Shown: positions 21,111 through 31,513, counted from the stretch's first letter. The stretch is 64,000 nucleotides of DNA from Planctomycetota bacterium (GCA_046290465.1 JBKAGP010000001.1:1760001-1824000), one strand, 5' to 3'. Numbers and translations are program-made. The notes: generated by a model from the letters alone, not told the origin.

Positions 21111-21375
21111 GCGGAGGCGAGGTTCCCAGGTGTGGGACGGAGGACTATAGCATCTCGATCTAGCCCTGAAATGGGGCGGTATCCACTCCAGCGGCATTAA
21201 GTTCTCGGAACTTTCGACGTTGCGGCTGGGGCGAATCGGCGCGGGCCGATCCCAGATCGAGCCTGCGCGGCCTCGGCGAGACGCGAGAACTGCCGCTGCG
21301 TCGTCGCTACCAGGATCGAGGTCGCTACAACGAACGGGTCGGGGCGCCCGTTCGCGCGCGCCCACCCCACCCAAG

Positions 21376-22926
21376 ATGAACCTCCACCAGGTCGCCCGTC
21401 TGATGGCGGGCTTCGCCGGCCTTTTCTCGCTGGCGCAACTGCCAGCGCTGGTCTCGGCCCTGACCGAGGGCCGCCGCGACGATCTGTCTCCCGTTGCCGG
21501 CTTCACGACCAGCATCGTCGCGGGCCTCGCCGTCGCCGGCACGCTGTGGCTGCTCGGCCGCCGCGACCGCACGCAGATCTTCCGCAAGGAGACGATCGCC
21601 GTCGCCGGCCTGTCGTGGTTCCTCGCCGGCATGATCGGCGCGATCCCGTTCTACGTGTCCGGACTGCTGTCGCCGATCGACGCGTTCTTCGAGGCGATGA
21701 GCGGGCTGACCACCTGTGGTGCGACGGTGCTCGCCAGCGGCGAGAACATGCAGATCGACGAGGTCGCGCCGAGCCTGCTGCTGTGGCGGGCCATGCTGCA
21801 GTGGATCGGCGGCGCCGGCATCGTGTTGCTGTTCGTCGCGTTGCTGCCGGCGATGGGTGTCAGCGCCAAGAACCTGCTGTCGTCCGAGTCGGTCGGCGTC
21901 GCCACCGACACCTACCTGCCGCGCGCGGTCGAGAAGGCGCGCTACGTCGCCACGATCTACATCGGCATGACCACCGTGTGCACGGTGCTGCTGGTGCTGG
22001 TCGGCGGCTTCGGCTGGTTCGATGCGATGTGCCACGCGTTCACGACGATGGCGACCGGCGGCTACTCGACCAAGGCGAGCGTCGCCGAGTTCGACAGCCT
22101 CGGCGGCGAACTGGTGCTGATCGTGTTCATGTTCCTCGCCGGCGCCAGCCTCGCGGTGGTCGCCACGCACTGCCGCACCGGCGTGCGCTGCGTCGGCAAG
22201 CTGGTGCAGTCCGCCGAGTTCCGCACCTACACCGCGGCGACCCTCGCGCTGGTCGCGGTGCTGACGATCTCGCTGGTGCGGATGGGCTTCTCGTTCGGCG
22301 AAGCGCTGCGGCTGGCGGCGTTCAACGGCGTCAGCGTTCTGACCTCGACCGGCTACGCGACCAGCGACTTCCAGGCGTGGCCGCCAACCGCGACGCTGTG
22401 CCTGTTCGCAGCGATGTTCGTCGGCGGCTGCAGCGGCTCGACCGCCGGCGGCTTCAAGCAGGTCCGCCTGCTGGTGATCCTGCGCCTGCTCGGCTACACG
22501 CTGCGCCAGTTCGTGCGGCCGAAGACCGTCGAACGGATCAAGCTCGACAACGAGGTGCTGCCTGCCGCGGTGATCTCGACGATCCTCGCAATCGTGCTGC
22601 TGTGGGGCGTCACCGTGGTCACCGGCGCCGTGCTGATCAGCTTCGACGAACGGCTCAACTTCGTCGCCGCGTTCGCCGCCAGCGCCAGCATGGTCGGCTC
22701 CTGCGGCCCGGCGCTGACCATCGTCGATCCCGGCACGACGCAAGAACTGATCGCCAGCGGCCAGGCCGCACAGACGCTCGCCGACACGCCCAACCTCGGC
22801 CCGTTCGGCGGCTACGGCGAGCTGCAGGGCTGGACCAAGCTGCTGATGTCGGTGCAGATGGTGTTCGGCCGCCTCGAGCTGCTGACCGTGCTGGCCCTGT
22901 TCTCCCCCAACTTCTGGCGCCGCTAG
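21376..22926 (+). CDS. trkH: Trk potassium uptake membrane protein
   Basis: DAFFEAMSGLTTCGAT, QWIGGAGI, TMATGGYS, GGCSGSTAGGFK, GRLEL. Confidence 0.92.
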   Translation: MNLHQVARLMAGFAGLFSLAQLPALVSALTEGRRDDLSPVAGFTTSIVAGLAVAGTLWLLGRRDRTQIFRKETIAVAGLSWFLAGMIGAIPFYVSGLLSPIDAFFEAMSGLTTCGATVLASGENMQIDEVAPSLLLWRAMLQWIGGAGIVLLFVALLPAMGVSAKNLLSSESVGVATDTYLPRAVEKARYVATIYIGMTTVCTVLLVLVGGFGWFDAMCHAFTTMATGGYSTKASVAEFDSLGGELVLIVFMFLAGASLAVVATHCRTGVRCVGKLVQSAEFRTYTAATLALVAVLTISLVRMGFSFGEALRLAAFNGVSVLTSTGYATSDFQAWPPTATLCLFAAMFVGGCSGSTAGGFKQVRLLVILRLLGYTLRQFVRPKTVERIKLDNEVLPAAVISTILAIVLLWGVTVVTGAVLISFDERLNFVAAFAASASMVGSCGPALTIVDPGTTQELIASGQAAQTLADTPNLGPFGGYGELQGWTKLLMSVQMVFGRLELLTVLALFSPNFWRR

Positions 22927-23181
22927 GAGCGCGTCCAGGTAGTGGACGCGCTGCCAACCGTGAGCGCGGAAGCGGCGTGTACGCGTGCGGACGGGGCTTT
23001 GCCCGCTAGGAGCGCGTCCATGGAGTGGACGCGCTGCCAACCGGGATCGCGGAAGCGGCGAGTACGCGTGCGGACTGGGCTTTGCCCGCTAGGAGCGCGT
23101 CCAGGTAGTGGACGCGCTGCCAACCGTGAGCGCGGAAGCGGCGAGTACGCGTGCGGACGGGGCTTTGCCCGCTAGGAGCGC
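22924..23181 (-). repeat. 83-bp palindromic element, 3 tandem copies plus the start of a 4th (opposite orientation to 15366)
   Basis: TAG at 22924, 23007, 23090 and 23173; near-identical to the 15366 copies. Confidence 0.95.
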
Positions 23182-23188
23182 CTCGCGG

Positions 23189-24538
23189 TCAGTCGCGATC
23201 GCTGAGCACGACCTTGTCGCGCTTCTTGAAGATGATGCGGATCGGGACCTCCTCGCAGTCGAAGGCGACGCGCAGACGCTGCTCGAGGTAGCGGCGGTAC
23301 TGGTCCTTGAACAGCTTGGGGTCGTTGACGAACACGATCAACGTGACCGGCTCGGTGCCGACCTGGGTGCCGTAGAACAGCTTGGGGATGTTGCCCCCGG
23401 ACGGCATCAGGCGCTCGCGCGCCGACTGCAGCTCCTCGTTGAGCTTCGGCGTCGGGAAGTGGCGCGCGGTCTGCTCGCGCAGGTCGAACAGCAGATCGAG
23501 CATGCCGTCGACGTTGGTGCCGTCGAGCGCGGACACGAACACCACCGGCGCGTGGTCGAGGCCCGGCAGCTGCTGCTTGATGTACTTGTCCCACTTCTCG
23601 ATGTCGAACGCCTTGGGCCCTTCCTTCGGCGCCAGGTCGACCTTGTTGCCGACCAGGATCACGGGCTTGCTGTGTTCGACGCAGTAGGCGGCGAGGTTCT
23701 TGTCGACCTGGCTGATCTTCTCGCGCACGTCGAACATGTGGATGCAGACGTGCGCGCGGCGGATCGACTCGGTGCTGCGCGAATGCGCGAAGATCTCGAT
23801 TGCGTGCTCGACGCTCTTCTTCTTGCGCACGCCGGCGGTGTCGATCGCCAGCAGCTTCTTGCCGGCGTGCTCGAACTCGATGTCGACCGCGTCGCGCGTC
23901 GTGCCCGGCACGTCGCTGACGATCACGCGGTCCTCGCCGGCGAGCCGGTTGAGCATCGTCGACTTGCCGGAGTTGCGCTTGCCGACGATCGCGAACCGCA
24001 GCGTGCTCTCGTCCTCGCCGGCGGCGTCCGGGTCGACGACCTCGGGCACCTCCTGGGCGACGCGCTCGAGCAGTTCGTGGATGCCGAAGCCCTCCTTGGC
24101 GCTGATCACCAGCGGGTCGCCGAAGCCGATGCGCAGCCACTCCGGCGCGCTCAGCTCGTCGTAGTGCGACTCGATCTTGTTGACGACCAGCAGCGCCTTC
24201 TTGCCGAGCTGCCGCAGCTTGCGCGCGACCATGTCGTCGCTCGGCACGCGGCCCTCCTTGCCGTCGACGACGAACAGGATCAGGTCGGCCGTCTCCAGCG
24301 CGATCTGGATCTGCTCCTCGATGTGGTTCTTCAGCAGGGCCTCGTCGACCAGGCCGAGGCCGCCGGTGTCGACCAGCTCGAAGGCCCGGCCGTCCTGGCG
24401 GATGATCACCGAGATCCGGTCGCGGGTGACGCCCGCCGTCGGTTCGACGATCGACACGCGCCGCCCCGCCAGGCGGTTCATCAGGCTGGACTTGCCGACA
24501 TTGGGTCGGCCAACGATCGCTACGCGGGGAAGGGTCAC
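23189..24538 (-). CDS. der: ribosome biogenesis GTPase Der/EngA
   Basis: Two G domains (GRPNVGKS, DTGG, NKIE; GKRNSGKS, DTAG, NKVD) and a KH-like C-terminus; GTG start chosen by eye. Confidence 0.95.
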   Translation of the reverse strand: MTLPRVAIVGRPNVGKSSLMNRLAGRRVSIVEPTAGVTRDRISVIIRQDGRAFELVDTGGLGLVDEALLKNHIEEQIQIALETADLILFVVDGKEGRVPSDDMVARKLRQLGKKALLVVNKIESHYDELSAPEWLRIGFGDPLVISAKEGFGIHELLERVAQEVPEVVDPDAAGEDESTLRFAIVGKRNSGKSTMLNRLAGEDRVIVSDVPGTTRDAVDIEFEHAGKKLLAIDTAGVRKKKSVEHAIEIFAHSRSTESIRRAHVCIHMFDVREKISQVDKNLAAYCVEHSKPVILVGNKVDLAPKEGPKAFDIEKWDKYIKQQLPGLDHAPVVFVSALDGTNVDGMLDLLFDLREQTARHFPTPKLNEELQSARERLMPSGGNIPKLFYGTQVGTEPVTLIVFVNDPKLFKDQYRRYLEQRLRVAFDCEEVPIRIIFKKRDKVVLSDRD

Positions 24539-24757
24539 GGGAAGGGGCGAGAACCATACGGACTGAACGCCCGCGACTCCAGCGGCGGCTTCTCCATGGT
24601 TCCACGGACGGGTTTTTCCAACCCGGCAAGCTCCGTAGCGCCAACCACATAGGAACTCGCCGTAGGAGTCTTCCAGCATGCCGCTCAAGCCCGGCTGCGA
24701 ACCGTCCGATGACAACGGCTGTCGGCGCCCAGGAATCGTCGGCAGGAGAACAAACAA

Positions 24758-25423
24758 ATGTTGGTCGAGACCAAGCCAACGGTGCCTTCGGGCCTCTCGA
24801 GCGCTACCGCCCCCCTGATCCGGGTCGTCGATGACGAGTCCGCGATCCAGGCGCTCTTCGAACGGATCGGTCAGCTGTGCGGCTTCGAGGTCGACTGCCA
24901 CAGCACTGCCGAGTCGTTCCTCAACGCCTTCGACGACGAGCGGCCCGGCTGCCTCGTCATCGACCTGATGCTCCCGGATCGCTCCGGCATCGAGGTCCTG
25001 CAGGAGGTCACCGAGGGCGGCTGCGAACTGCCGGTGGTGTTCATGAGCGGCATGGCGCGCGTCTCCGAGGCCGTGCAGGCCCTCAAGCTCGGCAGCATCG
25101 ACTTCGTCGAGAAGCCGTTCGACGTGCAGCAGATCGCCGAGGTGCTGCGCCGCGCGGTCGATCTCGACCTGCGTCGCCGCCGCCAGGGTCAGGACCAGGA
25201 CGAGCTGCGCCGCCGCTTCGAGTCGCTGACGCGCCGCGAGCGCCAGGTGATGGAGCAGATCGTGCGCGGCGCCGCCAACAAGGAAGTGGCCGCGAGCCTC
25301 GGCCTCAGCCACAAGACCGTCGAGGTCCACCGCGCCAACGTGATGCGCAAGACGCAGGCGGGCTCGCTGGCCGAACTGGTCCGCATGCACGTCGCGGCGC
25401 ACCCGAACGCGCAGTCGGCGTAG
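24758..25423 (+). CDS. FixJ-family response regulator (REC + LuxR HTH)
   Basis: VVDDE, CLVIDLMLP, DFVEKP, LTRRERQV, KTVEVHRANVMRK. Confidence 0.92.
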   Translation: MLVETKPTVPSGLSSATAPLIRVVDDESAIQALFERIGQLCGFEVDCHSTAESFLNAFDDERPGCLVIDLMLPDRSGIEVLQEVTEGGCELPVVFMSGMARVSEAVQALKLGSIDFVEKPFDVQQIAEVLRRAVDLDLRRRRQGQDQDELRRRFESLTRRERQVMEQIVRGAANKEVAASLGLSHKTVEVHRANVMRKTQAGSLAELVRMHVAAHPNAQSA

Positions 25424-25466
25424 CCCCGGGGCGTCGGCTCGCCGACGACGCTGCCAGGTTCTCCGC

Positions 25467-26249
25467 TCAGTAGAGCAGCGTCGCGAGCCGACGACGATAG
25501 GCGTCCAGCCGTTCGTCGTCCTCTCCCACCACCGCGAAGCAGACCAGCATCGCCTTGCGCGCGAGGCCGTCCTGGAAGTCGCGATCCACGGTCGCCGACT
25601 CGAGGACCGCGTCCATCGCCGCGACGTAGTCCTTGGCCAGGAACTGCCGGCGTGCCTGCACGAGGTGCTGGGCCGCTTCCTGCTGCACGTTCTCGAGTTC
25701 GGGCGCGAACCACGCCAACCCCGCCTGCAGCCGCTGGCCGGCGGCAAAGTGCTCGTCCTCCTCCGGGATGCCGGCGAGCGCGTCCTCGACGTCCGCGGCG
25801 TTGCCGAGCGACGCCGCCATCCGGGCCCGCTCGATGCGCGCCTCGGGGCTGTCCGGATCGACCGCGACGGCCTCGTCCGCGACCGGTTCGTCGGCGGCCG
25901 CCGCGCCCTTGTGGATGCCGTGCTTGTCGAGGAACGTGACGATCTCGGCCTCCGGCAGCGCCCCCTGGAAGCCGTCGACCGGCTTGCCCTCGTGCACCAG
26001 CACGCAGAACGGGATGCCCTGCACGCCGAACGCGTAGGCCAGGTCCTGTTCCTTGTCGGCGTCGACCTTGCCGAGCACGAAGCCGCCGCCGTAGTCCCCG
26101 GCGAGCTTCTCGAGCGTCGGCCCCAGGGTGCGGCACGGCCCGCACCACTCGGCCCAGAAGTCGAGCAGCACCGGGGTCGTCATCGACTGCTCGACGACGT
26201 CCTGCTGGAAGGTGGCTGCGGTGATGTCCTTGACGTGCGCTCCGGGCAT
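25467..26249 (-). CDS. cnoX: thioredoxin-TPR chaperedoxin (YbbN/CnoX family)
   Basis: DFWAEWCGPC, FQGALPEAEI, C-terminal YRRRLATLLY. Confidence 0.85.
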   Translation of the reverse strand: MPGAHVKDITAATFQQDVVEQSMTTPVLLDFWAEWCGPCRTLGPTLEKLAGDYGGGFVLGKVDADKEQDLAYAFGVQGIPFCVLVHEGKPVDGFQGALPEAEIVTFLDKHGIHKGAAAADEPVADEAVAVDPDSPEARIERARMAASLGNAADVEDALAGIPEEDEHFAAGQRLQAGLAWFAPELENVQQEAAQHLVQARRQFLAKDYVAAMDAVLESATVDRDFQDGLARKAMLVCFAVVGEDDERLDAYRRRLATLLY

Positions 26250-26456
26250 GACCCCCGTCTGTAGGAGCCCGGGCCGCCGCAGTCAACGAAAGCCACCCCG
26301 GGGATCGCCCGGCGGCGGGCCGCGCCGCAACCTCGTCGGCCAGCGCCGACACGCCCTTGTCGTTACGCGGCCGCTACATCGCCCAACCGGCGGCCCCGGA
26401 GCCCCCCCGCCGCCCCCTGCTGGGTCCCGACCGGCGCGTTGGCACGGTAGTTGTCT

Positions 26457-26543
26457 AAGAAGAGATACCGGCCCGGGGCCACGCACCACCAGGATGGGGT
26501 GCGTGAGAGAGAGGCGACCGTTGCCCCGGGTCGGCATCTTCTT
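26457..26543 (+). ncRNA. candidate structured small RNA / long stem-loop with internal GGA-loop hairpin
   Basis: Outer arms GAAGAGATACCGGCCCGGGGC and GCCCCGGGTCGGCATCTTCTTC; inner CACGCACCACC-AGGAT-GGGGTGCGTG; sigma54-like TGGCACG-N4-TTGT just upstream. Confidence 0.4.
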
Positions 26544-26568
26544 CGCTGCCGACAGCCTCCCCCGACCG

Positions 26569-27504
26569 CTACGCGGTCATGCCCATCGAGCCGAGCAGCG
26601 AGGTCACCAGCTCGAGGATCGCGAACACCAGCGCGCCGAAGCCGAGCTGCACGACCTGCGCCACGATCGCCTGGCCGCGGGTCAGGCCGAACAACAGGCA
26701 CAGCCAGAACAGCGACACGCTGCCGTTGAACAGCACCATGACGCTGACCGACAGGTCGTTGACCGGGACCATCGCGACCTGCGCGAACGCGGTCAGCAGG
26801 TACCAGATGCCGAGGCCGACGCTGCGGCCGAGCCGCGGCCGCTCGCCGCCGCAGATGTGCACCGACATGTGCACGATCAGCCCCGAGCCGACCAACAGCA
26901 GCAGGCCGAGGCTGATCCACTGGCTCGGCGCCGCCGGCGCCAGCCAGGGATAGGCGCGATCGAGCGCCTCGATGCGCCGCTTGAGATGGAAGCGATGGCG
27001 CATGTCGACCGGCACGTTCTGCGGGCTGCCGGGGTCGATCGGATCCTGCAGCGGACCGCTCCACGAGATCTTCGGCTCGGCCGGCCCGGGCGCGGCATCG
27101 GGCGCGGCTTCGGGCGCGGCCGTGCCGGCCTCCGGCGCCGCCGCAGGATCGGCCGCTGCGGTCGCAGGCGCGTTCGCGTCCGCGGCGGAGCCGGCCTCGG
27201 GCTTGCCCTCGGCGGGCTTCGAAGCGGCGGCGTTCGCCTTCTCGTCCTCGAGCACGGCGCGCGACGCAGGATCGTCGCCGTCGCGGAAGCGACAGCTGCG
27301 GATCGACGACGCAGGAACGCGCACGACCTTGCCGTCGACCTCGATCGCGAGTTGCTCGAGGTCCATCTCGAGCACCCGGCCCTCGAGCCTCCGGCCATCG
27401 TCGAGCAGGACGGCGGCATGACGCTCCTGCGCCTCGAGCGGCGCGAGCAGCGTGCACGCAAACGCGAACATTGCAGCAAGACGGATCATGTCGGAATGGG
27501 GCAT
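26569..27504 (-). CDS. hypothetical membrane protein (signal peptide, small beta domain, Ala/Pro linker, about 4-5 TM helices)
   Basis: VLLDDGRRLEGRV...VRVPASSIRS; hydrophobic C-terminus; start uncertain (27504 or 27489). Confidence 0.7.
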   Translation of the reverse strand: MPHSDMIRLAAMFAFACTLLAPLEAQERHAAVLLDDGRRLEGRVLEMDLEQLAIEVDGKVVRVPASSIRSCRFRDGDDPASRAVLEDEKANAAASKPAEGKPEAGSAADANAPATAAADPAAAPEAGTAAPEAAPDAAPGPAEPKISWSGPLQDPIDPGSPQNVPVDMRHRFHLKRRIEALDRAYPWLAPAAPSQWISLGLLLLVGSGLIVHMSVHICGGERPRLGRSVGLGIWYLLTAFAQVAMVPVNDLSVSVMVLFNGSVSLFWLCLLFGLTRGQAIVAQVVQLGFGALVFAILELVTSLLGSMGMTA

Positions 27505-27662
27505 CGACGCGCGGTCCTGCCGCCTTGAGGCAGGAAGTCCCGTCCCGAGGCGGCCGCCGATGGCATCGCCCTCTGGCAGCCATCGTCGGTGCGCCCTACC
27601 CTTGGCATGCGGCCGTTCGCGAAACGCCGCTCCCGGACCTTCGCTGTGCCGCGCCGATCCCG

Positions 27663-28523
27663 ATGACGACGAACCTTCGCCCGATCTCCTGCGCCCTGTT
27701 GGCGACGCTCGCGCTGCCGCTCGGTGCCCAGGAGCTCCCCGACCTCGAGACCCTGGCACGCAAGGTCGGCGCCGCGCACCGCCCCGACGGGCCGACGGCC
27801 AAGGTCGAGGCGTTCACCTGCAAGCTCGAGATCGAGCTGACCGACGTGCGCGAGAAGAACGGCGGCCAGGCGGGTCTGACGGTCCAGTTCCTCGAACAGC
27901 CGCGCAAGGCGCCGAAGAAGCCGCGCACCTACATCCGCTACGAGGTGACCGACGCCGAGCGGCCGATCCGCCGCGGCAACGACCGCTTCGGCCCGTGGCA
28001 CCTGGCGCAGGGCAAGCCCGCCGACCTGACGGCCGCCGGCTCCGAGCAGGATCTGGCGTCGCTGCGCGAACACACCAACCTGGCCCGGCAGCTGGTGCGC
28101 TTCCTGTCGCCCGAGGCAGTGCTGGGCGCACTGCAGAAGCCGACCAAGGTCCAGAACGACAAGCTGCGACTCGGCCGCAAGGCGACCCCGGTGCTGAGCG
28201 TCAGCGGCGACCTCGAGCGGTTCCCGCTGATGCAGAACGCCGGCGACGAAGCGCCGGCCTACGTGACGATCTACATCGACGAGAAGAGCCACCGGCTGCT
28301 CGGCGTCGACGCCTGGCCGCTGAAGGACGGCAAGCCCGACCGGCTGCGCGGCGAACGCATCGTGCTCGAGTCGATGCGGCCGGTCGACGGCCTGCTGGTG
28401 CCGCACACGCTGCGCTACCTGTGGCGCGACGCCAGCGGCAAGCTGCGCAGCCACTCGATCGCCAGGATCCTCAAGCTCCGGTTGCGGCCGGAGCTGACGG
28501 TCGCCGACTTCAACCGCAGCTGA
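27663..28523 (+). CDS. hypothetical exported protein (possible LolA/lipoprotein-sorting-like fold)
   Basis: Signal peptide LGAQ, IYIDEKSHRLL, RPVDGLLVP, C-terminal ELTVADF. Confidence 0.65.
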   Translation: MTTNLRPISCALLATLALPLGAQELPDLETLARKVGAAHRPDGPTAKVEAFTCKLEIELTDVREKNGGQAGLTVQFLEQPRKAPKKPRTYIRYEVTDAERPIRRGNDRFGPWHLAQGKPADLTAAGSEQDLASLREHTNLARQLVRFLSPEAVLGALQKPTKVQNDKLRLGRKATPVLSVSGDLERFPLMQNAGDEAPAYVTIYIDEKSHRLLGVDAWPLKDGKPDRLRGERIVLESMRPVDGLLVPHTLRYLWRDASGKLRSHSIARILKLRLRPELTVADFNRS

Positions 28524-28526
28524 CCG

Positions 28527-30350
28527 TCAGCACCTGCGTCGGAAGTAGCGTTCGAGCTCCGCCGGCGAGAACGTCAGCGTGGTCGGCCGCCCGTGCGGAC
28601 AGTTGTGCGGGTGCTCGAGCGTCGCGGCGACGCGCAGCAGCTCCTCGATCTCGTCGTCGGTCAGGCGGTCGCCGCTCATCACCGAACCGCGGCAGGCCAT
28701 CGAGTGGAACTTCTCGGCGATGTGCTCGCCCACCGACGAACGGCCGTCGTCGGCCTCGCCCGTGGCCAGCGCGCGCACCAGCTGCTTGGGATCAGTCCTG
28801 GACAGCACGGCCGGCATACCCTGCACCGCGATCGCGTTGGGTCCGAACGTCTCGACCAACAACCCTTCCTCGGCGAGTTCGTCGCGGACCGACTCGAACC
28901 AGGCCAGCTCGCTCGGGGTCAGCTCCACCACCGCCGGCACCAGCAGCCGCTGCACCTGCACGTCGCGAGCGGCGTGCTGCTTCTTCAGCTGTTCGTAGGT
29001 GACGCGCTCGTGCAGGGCGTGCTGGTCGACCACCAACAGGCCGTGCTCGCCCTCCAGCAGCAGGTACAGGTCCATGACCTGCAGGAAGCGGCCGCTGACG
29101 CGCTGGAACGGGTTGGGGCGCTCGACCTGCGAGGCGGCGCCGGCCGGCGGCGGCACCGGCGCACGCACGATCGTCGGTTCGTCGCGGCCAGAACGGCCGT
29201 CATCCGTCGGGGTCGGCGCCGACCGCGCGGACGACTCGAACAACGAACGAGCTGCAAAGCTGCCGCCGGACTGGGTCGGAAAGCCCGAGCGCGCGCGCGG
29301 CATCTCGGGACGGATCGTCACGCCGCCCTCGCTGACCGCGCCGGCCGACGACTCGCCCATCGGCAGCGTGCGGGCCTGCAGCGCGCTGCGCACGGTCTCG
29401 TGCAGGCAGCCGGCGACCTTGCGCGACTCGACGAAGCGGACCTCGGCCTTGCGCGGGTGGATGTTCACGTCGACCAGGTCGGGCGGCAGCACCATCTGCA
29501 GCACGTAGACCGGGAAGCGACCGCCCATCAGGAACTCGCGGTAGGCCTGCCGCACCGCGTGCAGCGCGCTCTTCTCGCGCGCCATGCGGCCGTTGACGTA
29601 GGTCAGCTCGAGGCGGCCGTCGCGTCGCGCCAGGTCCGGTTCGCCGACCACGCCCTCGACCTTGAGCCCGTCGAACTCGCGGTGCACCGGCAGCAGCCCC
29701 TTGCCGAGATCGCGACCGAAGCACTGCTGCACGCGCTCGGCGAGCGTGACGCCGCGCGGCAGCCGCAGCAGCTCCTTGTCGTCGCTGATCAGCGTGAAGT
29801 CGACGTCGAGCCGCGCCAGCGCCAGTTCGCAGACGAGCTGCTGGATGCGCGCCCGTTCGGCGTGCGCGGCCTTCAGGAAGCGACGGCGCGCCGGAACGTT
29901 GAAGAACAGGTCGCGGATCTCGATGCGGGTGCCCTGCGGGCAACCGCACGGCTGCGGCTCGGTCTCGGCGCCGCCGTCGCAGCGCACCTCCCAGCCCTCG
30001 CTGCCGTCGCGCCGCATGCTCTGCACGCGTGCCTTGGCGACCGCGCCGATCGACGCCAGCGCCTCCCCGCGGAAGCCGAGGCTGCCGATGTGCTCGAGGT
30101 CGTGCACGTCGCTGAGCTTGCTGGTCGCGTGGCTGGCGAACGCCAGCGGCAGATCCTCGGGCAGGAAGCCGTCGCCGTCGTCGATGACGGTCAGCTGCTC
30201 GACGCCGCCGCCGCGCAGTTCGACCCGCACGCGGGTCGCCCCGGCGTCGAGCGAGTTCTCGATCAGCTCCTTGGCGACCGACACCGGCCGCTCGACCACT
30301 TCGCCCGCCGCGATCTGGTTGACCACGGCGATCGGCAACTTCTTGATCAC
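28527..30350 (-). CDS. mutL: DNA mismatch repair endonuclease MutL
   Basis: NQIAAGEVVERP, GFRGEALASI, DVNIHPRKAEV, DQHALHER, ACR, CPHGRP; GTGA overlap with holA. Confidence 0.96.
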   Translation of the reverse strand: MIKKLPIAVVNQIAAGEVVERPVSVAKELIENSLDAGATRVRVELRGGGVEQLTVIDDGDGFLPEDLPLAFASHATSKLSDVHDLEHIGSLGFRGEALASIGAVAKARVQSMRRDGSEGWEVRCDGGAETEPQPCGCPQGTRIEIRDLFFNVPARRRFLKAAHAERARIQQLVCELALARLDVDFTLISDDKELLRLPRGVTLAERVQQCFGRDLGKGLLPVHREFDGLKVEGVVGEPDLARRDGRLELTYVNGRMAREKSALHAVRQAYREFLMGGRFPVYVLQMVLPPDLVDVNIHPRKAEVRFVESRKVAGCLHETVRSALQARTLPMGESSAGAVSEGGVTIRPEMPRARSGFPTQSGGSFAARSLFESSARSAPTPTDDGRSGRDEPTIVRAPVPPPAGAASQVERPNPFQRVSGRFLQVMDLYLLLEGEHGLLVVDQHALHERVTYEQLKKQHAARDVQVQRLLVPAVVELTPSELAWFESVRDELAEEGLLVETFGPNAIAVQGMPAVLSRTDPKQLVRALATGEADDGRSSVGEHIAEKFHSMACRGSVMSGDRLTDDEIEELLRVAATLEHPHNCPHGRPTTLTFSPAELERYFRRRC

Positions 30351-31513
30351 AGCTCCAGCTCCTCCGCCGTCTCGATCGGCACGCCATCGAACCATTGCGC
30401 CAGGAAGCGCTCCAGCAGCGCCTCCCCGTCCTCGCCGGTCAGGCGGCTCTTCCGCAGCGCGGCGTGCAGCGCCAGGATGCCGCGCTGCAGCTGCGCCTGG
30501 TCGTTCTGCTTGACCTGCTCGAGGAACCGGTCGGCGAACTGCCGCACGCCGCAGCGCGACGGGATGTCGCGCATCGACGTGCCCGCGTCGAACAGGATGC
30601 GCCCCTCGTAGACGACGCTGATCTGGCGGTAGAGCCAGCTGTTCGTGAACGGCAACACGCCGCCGCTGTCCATCGACTTGCCGTCCTTCTGCTTGACGCC
30701 ACGCTGGAACATCGCTGCCAGCGAGCGCTGCGCCGTGCGCCGGTCGCCGCCCAGCACCGCTTCGGCGAACTCGAACGGCGTCGACTCGAAGCTGACCGAC
30801 AGCTTGCCGGCCAGGTCCTTCGGCGCGAGCGCGCCGCGCACCGGGTCGCTGCCCAGCTGGTCCCGCAGCCGTTCGAGTTCGCCGAGCAGCTCCGACGGCG
30901 ACTTGCCGACCTGCGAGATCACCAGCCAGGCGCTCTCCGGCGTCAGCGGCACGCCGAGCTTCTTGCCGGCCTGCCCGACCCACTTGCACAGCTCGCCCTC
31001 GAGCGGGCCGCGCGCGCGGTCGTAGGGCATGTCGTACAGCTCGCGGAACTCGAACACGGCGCCGTCGCCGGCCAGCTGCTTGAACAGCGTCGCTGCCGCC
31101 TTCTTGCGCTTGTCGAGCTTCGGCGCCTCGACCAGCAGGCTCGAGCCCTGCTGGATCTTCGGCGCGACCTCGGCGACCGCGGCGCCGTGCTTCTTCCACC
31201 AGTTGGCGGCGCGGCGCACGGCGACGATCGTGGCGCTGGCGAACAGCCCGCCACCGCGCAGGTCCTGCAGCACCGGCACGGTCACCGACGTGGTGCCGCC
31301 GTCCTCGCCGTCGTCATCTTCATCGCCAGCGCGGACCTCGGCCCCGTCGACGGTGCGCAACTCGGCGTCCTTGGGCACCGCCGACAGCAGCCGTTCCATC
31401 GCCTTGCTGCGGAAGAACTCGCTCTCGCCGTGCACCAACACGATCGGCGGCAGGCCGGCGCGCACCAGCGTGTCGAGCCGCTTCAGTTCCTGCGCCGGGT
31501 TGGGGACCGCCAT
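30347..31513 (-). CDS. holA: DNA polymerase III delta subunit (divergent)
   Basis: PIVLVHGESEFF, GGGLFA, KLDKRKK, GELERL, FEFAEAVL. Confidence 0.7.
   Translation of the reverse strand: MAVPNPAQELKRLDTLVRAGLPPIVLVHGESEFFRSKAMERLLSAVPKDAELRTVDGAEVRAGDEDDDGEDGGTTSVTVPVLQDLRGGGLFASATIVAVRRAANWWKKHGAAVAEVAPKIQQGSSLLVEAPKLDKRKKAAATLFKQLAGDGAVFEFRELYDMPYDRARGPLEGELCKWVGQAGKKLGVPLTPESAWLVISQVGKSPSELLGELERLRDQLGSDPVRGALAPKDLAGKLSVSFESTPFEFAEAVLGGDRRTAQRSLAAMFQRGVKQKDGKSMDSGGVLPFTNSWLYRQISVVYEGRILFDAGTSMRDIPSRCGVRQFADRFLEQVKQNDQAQLQRGILALHAALRKSRLTGEDGEALLERFLAQWFDGVPIETAEELEL

Noticed and set aside
22923..23175. Short ORFs (66-77 aa) across the repeat arrays, also near 15.4 kb, 56.2 kb and 57.6 kb
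   Set aside because: They are translations of the repeat itself, with no RBS or protein-like features.
22924..23181. Tandem 83-bp units as a CRISPR array
   Set aside because: The units are near-identical over their whole length with no unique spacers, there are no cas genes, and single dispersed copies occur elsewhere.
26250..26568. Intergenic region as SRP RNA, tmRNA, RNase P RNA or tRNA
   Set aside because: None of the diagnostic motifs is recognisable; only the stem-loop reported as a candidate sRNA is supported.
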